30,912 nt of DNA, from NCBI GenBank assembly GCA_041576165.1, contig JBFGLM010000051.1:1-30912 (forward strand), given 5' to 3'. The notes beneath the pieces were generated by a model, which saw only the letters and a program-made list of their open reading frames with translations, had not been told where the DNA came from and did not search any database. The translations under genes and the position numbers were made by a program. The stretch is from Acidimicrobiia bacterium. GTDB taxonomy: Bacteria > Actinomycetota > Acidimicrobiia > Spongiisociales > Spongiisociaceae. This document shows, in pieces, positions 16,266 to 25,400 of the stretch (position 1 is its first letter; each line of letters begins with the position of its first letter).

Positions 16266-18578
16266 TCACATGGCGATCGGCGCCCCGATTACCTCGTCTG
16301 GGATCGCAAAGGCGTCGGTCAACGGCACTGCGCTCGTCCTCACCTCGGCGGCGAGACGCGTGACGATGCGGCGGAGCCCTTTGGACGCAGAGGCCGACAG
16401 CTGGCCATGCTCCTGGAACCAGCCGCGATCGGCCTCGAGCGTGGACAGGGCGTGAAGGTCGCACAGCATGTCGAGGATCTCTCGCTCCGGTCCCTGCTCG
16501 AGGTCATCGACCCGGGCGGCAAACCGCTCGAGCACCAGCCGCTCAACGTGCGCCCGCGCAGTGGCAATGGCGTGTAGCTGAACATCGGCGAACGCGGCGG
16601 TTGAGTCGATCCCCTGGTCGATTCGCTTCTTGAGCCGCGCGGCGAGGGCGGCCAGCAAATGCTCCTCCCGCCATCGAAACAGCTCGAGGTATCGATCCCG
16701 ATCACGCAGCTCATCCTCGTCCGCTCCGCCTATCACTATCGGGTTCGCCTCTCGGACCGTGGCCAGCGCCTTGGACGCAATGAAGCGGATGGTCCCGAGC
16801 AGGTTCATCTCGTTGAACTGCTGTGAATAATCGGATAGCAGACTGCGTGCCACCAACTGTGCCAGCACCACATTGTCGCCTTCGAACGTCTGGAACACGT
16901 CGGCGTCGGCTTTGAGTGGACCGAGCCGGTTGACTGCCAGATAGCCGGCCCCGCCACAGGCCTCCCGACACTCCTGGATGGTGTCGTTCGCGTGCCAGCT
17001 TCCGAATGCTTTCAGACCGGCAGCTGTTGCCTCCAGCTCGCGCTGGGGCAGCCGCCGCTCGGTGAAGTCGTCGATGACCGACTCGACTGCAAAGCGATAG
17101 GCGTAGGTTGTCGCCAGCCGGGGCAAGAGACGTTGCTGGTGGGAGCGGTAGTCCATCAGCGCGCGCTCGGGTCCGCCTTCCGGGCCAAACTGGCGCCGTT
17201 TCACCCCGTAGCGGATGGCGATCGTGAGCGCCGTTTCGGCGGCTGAGATCGAGGCGGCGGCAACACCGATCCGGCCACCGACGAGAGCTCCGATTGTCGT
17301 GAAGAATCGTTTGTTCTCGCTGGGAATCGATGAGGTGTAGGTGCCGTCGGCTTCCACGGCGGCGAAGCGGTCCAGCAGCGAGGCGTGGGGGACTCTCACA
17401 GAATCGAAGCCGATGCTCCCATTGTCGACTCCATTCAACCCAGCCTTGGGACCGTCGTCCTCGATGGTGACGCCGGGGAGGGTGGCCCCGTCCTCAGCAC
17501 GGACGGGGACGATGAACGCGTGGACGCCGTGGCACGTGCCGTTCGTGATCAGCTGGGCGAACACCACTGCGGCCCGTCCGTGCAACGCTGCGTTGCCGAT
17601 GTAGTCCTTCCGGGCACCCGCGTGCGGTGTGTGAACCTCGAACGTGCCGGAGCCGGCGTCGTAGGTGGCGGTTGTCTCTAGTGCTTGCACATTCGATCCG
17701 TGGTCGGTCTCGGACATCGCGAAGCATCCGGGTAGCGCGAAGGATCCGATTTCGGCGAGGTATGCGGCATGGTGGCGCTCTGTACCGAGGCGCAGGATGG
17801 CGCCGCCGAACAGCCCGAACTGCACCCCGAACTTGGTGAGGAGGCTGAGGTCGTGGTGGCCGAGAACACTGAAGACGGCGATGAAGTCCCCTGCCGTCCC
17901 CCACCCGCCGTACTGCTCCGGCATGCCGAGTCGGCCGAAACCTGCTTCGGCGAGACGTTTCGTCTGCTCATAAACGAGCACGCGTTGTTCGCTGATGCTC
18001 AGGCCCAGGCGGTGGTGGAAGACGGGTTCACGGAGCAGAGATCTGACCTGCTCTCGGATATCGGCCCGGCCGCCGTCACGCCACCGGGCCACCGCCCTCA
18101 CGTCGAACGGTGGCGCGGGTTCGACCGGAGCGACAACCACCGTGTTGGCTGATGTCGGTGCGGACCTGGCGACCAGCGCCCGGGTCGGCTCGTTGCCGAC
18201 CATGCCGAGACGATCACCCAGTCGCTGCACCGCTTTCCGTTCGGCGTCGGTGAGGCCGGCGCCGTCGCGCCCGGCGCTAGTCAGCTCAGCCGCGAACACC
18301 CCGAGATCGAGCGTTTCCGGTGACGGCAGCCGCTCAGATATAGCCTGAATCTGGCGCAGGATCGCCTTCATATCGGGGGGTGATGGCGGGTCGGATGGAT
18401 CGAGCCAACGATTGAAGGCCTCTTTGCAGGCCTGGTCTATGCCATCCAGGGCGTCGAATTCGGCGCAGATCGAGTTGATCTCATCTTCGGTCAATTCGCC
18501 GTCCGCCCAGGCCAGGTATATCAGCGGGAGGAACGGGAGAAGGTGGGGATCGTCGAGCTCGAGTCGGATGGTGGCCAT
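16266..18578 (-). CDS. acyl-CoA oxidase/dehydrogenase with N-terminal TerB-like helical domain
   Basis: KFGVQFGLFGG, GCFAMSETDHGSNV, K.GLNGVDNG, CREACGGAGY, TFEGDNVVL. N-terminal YLAWADGELT.DE. Confidence 0.9.
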   Translation of the reverse strand: MATIRLELDDPHLLPFLPLIYLAWADGELTEDEINSICAEFDALDGIDQACKEAFNRWLDPSDPPSPPDMKAILRQIQAISERLPSPETLDLGVFAAELTSAGRDGAGLTDAERKAVQRLGDRLGMVGNEPTRALVARSAPTSANTVVVAPVEPAPPFDVRAVARWRDGGRADIREQVRSLLREPVFHHRLGLSISEQRVLVYEQTKRLAEAGFGRLGMPEQYGGWGTAGDFIAVFSVLGHHDLSLLTKFGVQFGLFGGAILRLGTERHHAAYLAEIGSFALPGCFAMSETDHGSNVQALETTATYDAGSGTFEVHTPHAGARKDYIGNAALHGRAAVVFAQLITNGTCHGVHAFIVPVRAEDGATLPGVTIEDDGPKAGLNGVDNGSIGFDSVRVPHASLLDRFAAVEADGTYTSSIPSENKRFFTTIGALVGGRIGVAAASISAAETALTIAIRYGVKRRQFGPEGGPERALMDYRSHQQRLLPRLATTYAYRFAVESVIDDFTERRLPQRELEATAAGLKAFGSWHANDTIQECREACGGAGYLAVNRLGPLKADADVFQTFEGDNVVLAQLVARSLLSDYSQQFNEMNLLGTIRFIASKALATVREANPIVIGGADEDELRDRDRYLELFRWREEHLLAALAARLKKRIDQGIDSTAAFADVQLHAIATARAHVERLVLERFAARVDDLEQGPEREILDMLCDLHALSTLEADRGWFQEHGQLSASASKGLRRIVTRLAAEVRTSAVPLTDAFAIPDEVIGAPIAM

Positions 18579-18601
18579 GGCCCGACCCTAGAGGAGGACC
18601 G

Positions 18602-18640
18602 GGAATGGATACGCATGTAGTTAGTTGCATTCTGCAATTA
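18602..18640 (+). promoter_or_regulatory. SigH-like promoter overlapped by a MarR-type palindromic operator
   Basis: GGAAT(18602)-N17-GTT(18624). TAGTTGCA-ttc-TGCAATTA (18622-18640). Confidence 0.5.
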
Positions 18641-18672
18641 ATGTAGAGTGACCGATACCCAACGGAGCCGCA

Positions 18673-19641
18673 ATGCCTGCCGTGACAGTCGAGAATTCTC
18701 TGCTCCTGCCCCGAGTCGACGAGCCGGTCGGCCGCCAGGATCGAACCGTTCGCTCAATCACAACCGCTCCGATCGGCTACGAGGGAGAAGGTTTCATGGT
18801 GCGTCGCGCCTTCGCCGGCGTCGACCTGCGCGACCTGGATCCATTCATCCACCTGGATCAGATGGGTGAGGTGGAGTATGGCCCGGGGGAGCCGTTGGGC
18901 ACTCCTTGGCATCCGCATCGCGGGTTCGAGACGGTCACCTACATGATCGACGGCGAGATCCAGCATCAGGACTCCCACGGCGGCGGCGGGTTGATCAGCG
19001 ATGGGGACACCCAGTGGATGACCGCCGGCTCCGGAATCTTGCACATCGAAACTCCACCCGAGCACCTGGTCGTATCGGGTGGCCTGTTTCACGGCTTTCA
19101 GCTTTGGGTCAACCTCCCCGCGGCCGACAAGTGGCTACCCCCCCGCTACCAGGACTTGCGGGGAGGCGAGGTCGCACTGCTGACGTCGCCGGACGGGGGC
19201 GCATTGATCCGTCTGATCGCAGGCGATCTCGGAGACCATGAGGGGCCGGGACGAACGCACACCCCGATCACGCTGATTCACTTGACGCTCCAACCCGGCT
19301 CCCGTGTCACGCTGCCATGGCGCAAAGACTTCAACGCGCTCGGGTACATCCTCAACGGCCGCGGACAGTTCGGCGCCGAGCGAGTTTCGGCCGGGATGGG
19401 CCAGCTGGTCGTGTGGGGGAGCGGCGAAGCGATCACGATCGCGGCCGATGACGCGCAGGAGTCCCGCAGCCCCACACTCGACGTGCTGCTGCTCGGCGGC
19501 CAGCCAATTCGTGAGCCGGTGGCCTGGCACGGTCCTTTTGTCATGAACACTCGGGAAGAGCTGATCGAGGCCTTCGACGATTACCAGGCCGGACGCCTGG
19601 GTCAGATACCGCACGGTGCGCTCGGCACCGACAAGCTGTGA
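18673..19641 (+). CDS. pirin family protein
   Basis: MPAVTVE, DPFIHLDQM, WHPHRGFETVTY, QWMTAGSGILHIE, QLWVNLP, GPFVMNT. Confidence 0.95.
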   Translation: MPAVTVENSLLLPRVDEPVGRQDRTVRSITTAPIGYEGEGFMVRRAFAGVDLRDLDPFIHLDQMGEVEYGPGEPLGTPWHPHRGFETVTYMIDGEIQHQDSHGGGGLISDGDTQWMTAGSGILHIETPPEHLVVSGGLFHGFQLWVNLPAADKWLPPRYQDLRGGEVALLTSPDGGALIRLIAGDLGDHEGPGRTHTPITLIHLTLQPGSRVTLPWRKDFNALGYILNGRGQFGAERVSAGMGQLVVWGSGEAITIAADDAQESRSPTLDVLLLGGQPIREPVAWHGPFVMNTREELIEAFDDYQAGRLGQIPHGALGTDKL

Positions 19642-19644
19642 TCG

Positions 19645-20403
19645 TCACCTGATCGCCTGCTCGTAGAGGAGTTCGGTCTGGGGGCTTGGTTCGATGCCCA
19701 TCGTTTCCGACAGCAGCTCGCGGAGTCCCGCGTAGACGCGCAGCGCCTCGGCCCGGTTGCCTGCAGCGAGGTGTGCCTCCATCACCCGGGCATGGGCGGT
19801 CTCCCGGTAGGGCGCAAGATCCAATGCGCGGCGGGCTGCCTGGAGGGCGGCAGTGGGATCGTCTAGGGCCAGCCACACGCGACTGAGGACGTCGAATGTG
19901 CGGATCTCGTATTCGTGGAGGTCGCGCCGCATGTGCTCGACCCATGCTCCGTGCTCGCCGGCGAGAAACGTGCGCCGGAAAACGGTGCTCGCTACCGACG
20001 CGTGGGACCAGGCGACCCGAGCCCTTCCATTCCGCATTGCGCCCTCGGCCCGGTCGAGCGCGTCGGTCGCGACCCGCAGATCGACCCACGTACCGGGTGG
20101 CAAACGGAGTTCGTAGCTCCCGGGGCCGGCCTGCAGCATCTCCGTCCCGTCCAGGCCCAGGTTCGAGAGGACCTTGCGTGTCTTCGAGACGATCGCGGCT
20201 AGCGACGATTCCCACGCCTCCGGCAGCTCACTTCCCCAAATCACCTCGGCTATGTGATCGCGGTCGAGACGCCGCGGCGAACTGGCCAGCAGCGCAAACG
20301 CCAGCCGGCCCTGGCGGCCCGGCAGTGCCGTGGCCTCGACCAGATCCGTGGACGTCTCGATCGTCACCCGGCCCGTGAGATATATGCGCAAAGAAGACGA
20401 CAA
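19645..20403 (-). CDS. SARP/AfsR family regulator (winged HTH + BTAD only)
   Basis: LRIYLTG, IAEVIWG..LP, L...VSKTRK.L, APYRETAH..M..H.AAGNRAEALRVY..LRELL..G.EPS. Start TTG20403 or TTG20391. Confidence 0.88.
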   Translation of the reverse strand: MSSSLRIYLTGRVTIETSTDLVEATALPGRQGRLAFALLASSPRRLDRDHIAEVIWGSELPEAWESSLAAIVSKTRKVLSNLGLDGTEMLQAGPGSYELRLPPGTWVDLRVATDALDRAEGAMRNGRARVAWSHASVASTVFRRTFLAGEHGAWVEHMRRDLHEYEIRTFDVLSRVWLALDDPTAALQAARRALDLAPYRETAHARVMEAHLAAGNRAEALRVYAGLRELLSETMGIEPSPQTELLYEQAIR

Positions 20404-20442
20404 CCTGTCCCCAATCAAGCACCAAACCAGTCCGGTTACGTT
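20400..20442 (+). promoter_or_regulatory. candidate SARP-binding 11-bp-phased repeats plus -10 box
   Basis: ACAACCT(20400), CCAATCA(20411), CCAAACC(20422), then 8 nt, then TACGTT(20437). Confidence 0.5.
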
Positions 20443-20470
20443 ACCGGTGCCCGAACAAAGGAGGTTGCGG

Positions 20471-20629
20471 GTGGCAGAGGTAGCCAAAGTGATCGAGTGC
20501 CCCTGTGGGGTGATCATCGATGGAGAGGGCGACAGCGAGGTGATCGCCAAGGCTCAGAGCCATGCCAAGGAGACCCACGACATGGAGCTCTCCGATGACC
20601 AGGCCTCTTCGATGCTGAGACCGGCCTGA
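20471..20629 (+). CDS. DUF1059-like small metal-binding protein (52 aa)
   Basis: K.IECPCG..I.G....EV...AQ.HAKE.H. AAGGAGG RBS before GTG20471. Confidence 0.85.
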   Translation: MAEVAKVIECPCGVIIDGEGDSEVIAKAQSHAKETHDMELSDDQASSMLRPA

Positions 20630-20630
20630 C

Positions 20631-20819
20631 ATGCCGCTCGTGACAATCACTACGCCGGAAGCGGTGTTCACCGACGAGCAGAAACAGGCCATGATCGAGA
20701 AGGTGACCGAGGCCATGGTGGAGGTCGAGGGCGAATCGTTCCGTGACAAGACCTGGGTCGTGCTCGAGGAAGTTCCCAAAGGTCACTGGGCCATCGGCGG
20801 CCGGCTCATAGGAGGTTGA
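20631..20819 (+). CDS. 4-oxalocrotonate tautomerase family protein
   Basis: N-terminal Pro1, 62 aa, EQKQAMIEKVTEAM, VVLEEV...WAIGG. Confidence 0.9.
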   Translation: MPLVTITTPEAVFTDEQKQAMIEKVTEAMVEVEGESFRDKTWVVLEEVPKGHWAIGGRLIGG

Positions 20820-20835
20820 GGCCGCAATTTCAGGT

Positions 20836-20866
20836 AGGTTGGCTCGCCGCCGGTGCGAGCCAACCT
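20836..20866 (+). terminator. hairpin terminator after tautomerase
   Basis: Perfect 12-bp stem AGGTTGGCTCGC/GCGAGCCAACCT. Confidence 0.65.
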
Positions 20867-20902
20867 GGGCGTTGTCCCGGATCGGCGAACGCACAAGACG
20901 CG

Positions 20903-20935
20903 AAGTGGAGCCCGGTGGTGATCCAGGCCCCACTT
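20903..20935 (-). terminator. hairpin terminator of the sulfurtransferase operon
   Basis: 13-bp stem that is complete only on the minus strand, through two G-U pairs (AAGTGGGGCCTGG/CCGGGCTCCACTT). Confidence 0.55.
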
Positions 20936-20965
20936 GCCGTGGCTAGGTCATCGCATCTCGGCCGG

Positions 20966-21499
20966 TCACTGATGCTTGGCCAACAGCAGGTTGGCGCACA
21001 CATTGGGCGGACAGCCACCGTTCAGCGTCGTCGTTTGTTCATCGGCCTGACCTGGCAAGGCAGGCCCATGAGTCCGCACGACGAAATGGATTTCCGCGCC
21101 GTGTGGGTTCGTCAGCTCGGACCCGACCGGCATACGCATGACGAAGGTGCTCCGCTCGCCGCGAACCACCTTGCCGGCCCCGAGGGTCGAGACGCCGCCC
21201 ACCGCCGGATTCGTCAGGTCTGCGCCGTCGCACGCACCGTCACAGGCGGCGGGATTGTTGAACACGATGAACCAGACGGTGTAAGCGTCGCCCGCAACCA
21301 GGCCCCCGGTGCGGAGCACGGCGCGAAGCCCACGGTCCGACCGGACCAGCGTGCTGGTACCGGTGACGTTCGCTGGGTCGGCGATTTCGACCACCGGTGC
21401 TCGCTCACGGGCGATGTCGGCCTGGGCGACCGGCGCCATCGACATGAGGCCGATCGCCACCAGCATGAGCGATGCCAGTCGCCGCGTCACAGTCCTCAT
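20966..21499 (-). CDS. secreted hypothetical protein with two Cys pairs
   Basis: Signal peptide ending in AQA. Motifs YTVWFIVFNNPAACDGAC, EIHFVVRTHGP, GGCPPNVC. ATGA overlap with the sulfurtransferase stop. Confidence 0.8.
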   Translation of the reverse strand: MRTVTRRLASLMLVAIGLMSMAPVAQADIARERAPVVEIADPANVTGTSTLVRSDRGLRAVLRTGGLVAGDAYTVWFIVFNNPAACDGACDGADLTNPAVGGVSTLGAGKVVRGERSTFVMRMPVGSELTNPHGAEIHFVVRTHGPALPGQADEQTTTLNGGCPPNVCANLLLAKHQ

Positions 21500-22341
21500 C
21501 GCCCTGCTCCCAACTCGACCGGTACGCCGACCAGACTGCCGTACTCGGTCCACGATCCGTCGTAGTTCCGCACCTCGGGGTTGCCGAGCAGTTCGTAGAG
21601 CACGAACCAGGTATGCGACGATCGCTCGCCGATGCGGCAATATGCGACCACCGGACCCGTTGCTGCGGAGCCATATAGCTCGGCCAGCTCATCTGCCGAT
21701 CTGAAGGTGCCATCCTCATTCGCGGCCTGGGACCACGGGATGTTCTGTGCCCCGGGCACGTGTCCCGGCACATAGGGTTGCTCCTGCGGGAGGTGGGGCG
21801 GCGCCATCACCTCGCCGGTGAACTCGGCCGGCGAACGGACGTCGATCAACGTGGCATCGCCGGAGTGAGCCAGCGCAACCAGCTCGTCCCGGAACGCCCG
21901 CAGCTCCGGACGTTCGACGCCGGGTTTCATGGAACCCTGGCCCCGTGACGGCTCGTCGCTAGTCAGCGGCCTCTCCTCGAGCTCCCACTTGATCCGACCG
22001 CCGTCGAGCAGCGCCACGTTGTCGAAGCCACGGTATTTGCACAGCCAGTAGGCGTACGCCGCGAACCAGTTGTTGTTGCCGCCGTACAGCACGATTGTCT
22101 GATCGCTGCTGATGCCCCGCTTCTCCAACATGGCGGCCAGTTCGTCGGCCGCCACGAAGTCACGTCGCGGTTTGGCATGCAGATCGACCGTCCAGTCGAG
22201 GGCGGTGGCGCCGGGAATGTGGCCCTGGTGATACGCGCTGGTGTCCTCGTCGACTTCGACGACCGCGATCGCAGGGTCTTCCAGATGCTCCGCCAGCCAC
22301 ACCGTCGTGACCAGTGCATTGGGATTGGCGTAATCGGTCAC
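21496..22341 (-). CDS. thiosulfate sulfurtransferase (tandem rhodanese, CysA/SseA family)
   Basis: VEVDED...Y..GHIPGA, YGGNNNWFAAYAYW, DVRSPAEF, active site YCRIGERS, NYDGSWTEYG. GGAAAGGA RBS. Confidence 0.95.
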   Translation of the reverse strand: MTDYANPNALVTTVWLAEHLEDPAIAVVEVDEDTSAYHQGHIPGATALDWTVDLHAKPRRDFVAADELAAMLEKRGISSDQTIVLYGGNNNWFAAYAYWLCKYRGFDNVALLDGGRIKWELEERPLTSDEPSRGQGSMKPGVERPELRAFRDELVALAHSGDATLIDVRSPAEFTGEVMAPPHLPQEQPYVPGHVPGAQNIPWSQAANEDGTFRSADELAELYGSAATGPVVAYCRIGERSSHTWFVLYELLGNPEVRNYDGSWTEYGSLVGVPVELGAGR

Positions 22342-22387
22342 GTTCGATCCTTTCCTCTCGATGTCGCATCACAACTCCCGGGAGACC

Positions 22388-22450
22388 ACCGGCGGTGCGA
22401 CCCGGTCCAACCGGCGGTTCGGAATCAGTTGTGCCACGAGGCGGTTCCGA
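22388..22450. promoter_or_regulatory. direct repeats (22-bp phase) plus SigR-like promoter / inverted repeat
   Basis: ACCGGCGGT at 22388 and 22410. Plus-strand GGAAT(22421)-N18-GTT(22444). TCGGAA...TTCCGA inverted repeat. Confidence 0.4.
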
Positions 22451-22488
22451 GCTGGTAGATATCTGGTGGAGAGCCGGTGGCGAGAGTG

Positions 22489-25400
22489 ATGGCTTCCCGG
22501 ATCGAGATAGCCGTTTTTGGTAACACCCGGGTCAGGGTCGACGGCCGCCCGCAGGACCTCGGTGGCGGGCGAGTCCGGGCGCTGCTCGCGGCATTGGTGG
22601 CGACGGGTGATCCGGGGCTCAGTACTGATGCGATCGTTGACGCCGTCTGGGGTACGGACTCGCCGTCGACGGCCCGCAAATCAGTCCAGAAATACGTTTC
22701 GCGGCTTCGTTCCCAGCTGGGGGCCGATGTGATCGAAACGACGGCCACCGGTTACCGGCTGATTCGGCACCGGATCGACATCGACGTGGACCGATGTCAA
22801 GCCCTGGCACGAGAGGCGAATGAGGCCCTCGATGGGGGCGATCCGGCGGGGGCGTTGACCCGGTGTGAAGCGGCCGCCCGGCTGGCGGAGCAGGGCGAAC
22901 CTTTCGCCGATCTTTCGGACACCAATTGGGCCAATCCGGTCGCGCAGCAGATTCGCGAAGCGGTTGCCACCGCCCAGGAACTGCACATCGGGGCGCTGCT
23001 GGCGCTCGGGCGGCCGACGGAAGCGATCGACCAGGCAGAACACCTGGTTGCGGTCGCTCCGCTACGCGAGTCGGCCTGGGCGCTCCTGATCGAAGCGCTG
23101 TATCGCGCCAATCGTCAGGCCGACGCGCTGCGCGCCTACCGGCGGGTAGAGGTGCTCCTCGCCCGCGAGCTCGGTATCGAGCCCTCGCATGAGCTCCGCG
23201 AGCTGGAGGAGCGGATACTCCGGCACGACGCATCGCTCGGACACCGACGCGAAGCAACCAATCTGCCTGTCGCGTACACGTCCTTTGTCGGACGGGAGCG
23301 TGAGCTCGACGAAGTGGCGCAGCTCCTACAGGGAGGGCGGCTGGTCACCATCACGGGTGCCGCCGGGTCTGGCAAGACACGGCTCGCGATCGAGGTGGCC
23401 GGGATTGGGCACAACGGCGAGACTTGCTTCGTCGATCTCGCTCAGGTAGAGGAACCCAGTCAGGTCCCGACCGCCTTCGCCTCCGCGCTGGGCATCACCC
23501 AGGAACCCAAAGAGGACTTGACTTCTCTCGTCGCTTCGTACGCCCGGGGCAAGCCTTTGTTGCTCGTCGTCGACAACTGCGAGCACCTGTCAGGCGCTGC
23601 GGCGGCCATCGTCCACACACTGCTGAGCCGGGCACCCGCACTCGCCGTCCTGGCCACAAGCCGCGAATCGCTCGGTCTCACCGGCGAGATCGTCTACGCG
23701 CTCTCGCCACTTGAGGTTCCACCATCCGACCTCGACAATGCCGCATCGGCCCTCGCCTTTGGATCGGTATCCCTCTTCGCAGCCCGGGCGGCCGCCGCCG
23801 CCCCCGGATTCTCGGTCGACGATGCATTGTCTGACGTGATCACCGTTTGCCGGCGGCTCGACGGCATCCCCCTCGCCCTCGAGCTGGCTGCCCGACAGCT
23901 TTCGGTCCTCGACATCGGGCAGGTCCGGCGAGGCTTGTTGCATCAACTGGATCGGTTGGCGGCTCCCGGTGAGCCGGTGGCACGGCACCGAACACTGAAC
24001 GCAGCACTCGATTGGAGCTACCGGTTGGCCGAGCCCAGCATGCAGCGCTTCTTTGACGCAACCTCGGTGTTCCCTGGCTCGTTCAACGCCCAGGCGGCGG
24101 CACGCGTCTGGGCACTTGTTGGAGGTCCGGACGACGCCGGTCGACTGTTGGACGGCCTGGTGGCCCGATCGATGGTGGTTCGCCTGCAGGGACGTGATCG
24201 GTCACGGTACCGGCTGCTTGAACCGGTGCGGGCGTTCGCCGCAGACCGGGCGACGGAACACTATCCGGCACCCGCGTTGGGCCACGCCCACGCCGTCTGG
24301 GTGCTGGAGTTGCTGAGTGACCATGAGCCGATCATCGGTCAGGGTGAGCGTGAGACCCTTCGTCGTCTGCGGGCGGAGGATCATCATCTGTCGGCGGCTC
24401 TGCGTTGGGCAACCGCCCACGAACCCGAGCTCGCGCTGCAGATCACGATCGCATCCACCTCTTACATCTGGATGGTGTCATACCGCTTCTCGTGGGTCGA
24501 AGAACTGAAGTCCGCAATTGCGGCCGGCGCAGAGGCTCCCCCCGGTCTGCGGGCCCGAGCGCTGGCGCATGCCGGACACTCGCTGGCGGAGAATTTTGCC
24601 GACCACGAAACGGCCGAAGTGTGGGCCGCGGAGGCTCTCGAGTTTGCGCGCCTGCACAACGAGTCAGAGCTCGAATTGACTGCGCTGCTGGCGCTCGCCA
24701 GCGCCCATCGCAACGCCGGCCGGCTCGACAGATCGGTCGCATTGCATCAAGAGGGCATCGCTCTTGCCGAAGAGCTGGGCGCGGATCTGTGGCTGATGCG
24801 CGCCCGCAGGTGGATGGCCTTCACCGAAATGCAGCGTGGCAACTACTCAGAGGCGCTCGAGATGAGCGCCATCGCACAACAGATGGGCGAAGCGTCGGGC
24901 TCGGACTGGATCACAGCCAAGTCTCTGTGGCTGGCGGCTGCGGTGCTCGCCCTGGACGGTCACTATGAAGAGGCCGAACGGCGGGCCTCCCGGGCCTTCG
25001 AACTGTTTGCCGGTTTTGACGACCCGGCCTCACCGGTCCATGTTCGGGCCGTCCAGGGTGACGCCGCTCGCCTATCCGGCGACACCGATCGCGCCGCGGT
25101 GATATACGAAGAATGCCTGCGCGGCTTTCGAGACGTCGGCGACCGCCGGTGCACCGCATCGACGTTGCGCAACCTCGGTTTGGTGAAGACCCGGCTCGGG
25201 CATCGTGAGCATGCCCGATCCGACCTAGTCGAAGCGCTGGAGCTGCGCGCGGGGTTTCGAGACGATGCCGGCGTCGCCGAGTGCCTGGAAGGTCTGGCGC
25301 ACCTGGTCTCGGGCCAAGGATCGGAGCAGGCCGCGGTGATCCTCTTCGCAGCTGCTGACCGGCTGCGCAGCAAGAGCGGATCTCGCCCGCCTCCACCTGA

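Noticed and set aside
15081-16577. 498-aa plus-strand ORF
   Set aside because: Antisense shadow of uvrD2 and ACOX. It has no motifs and is typical of high-GC codon bias.
20404-20550. N-terminal extension of the BTAD regulator
   Set aside because: It overlaps the DUF1059 gene and its promoter. SARP similarity begins at LRIYLTG.
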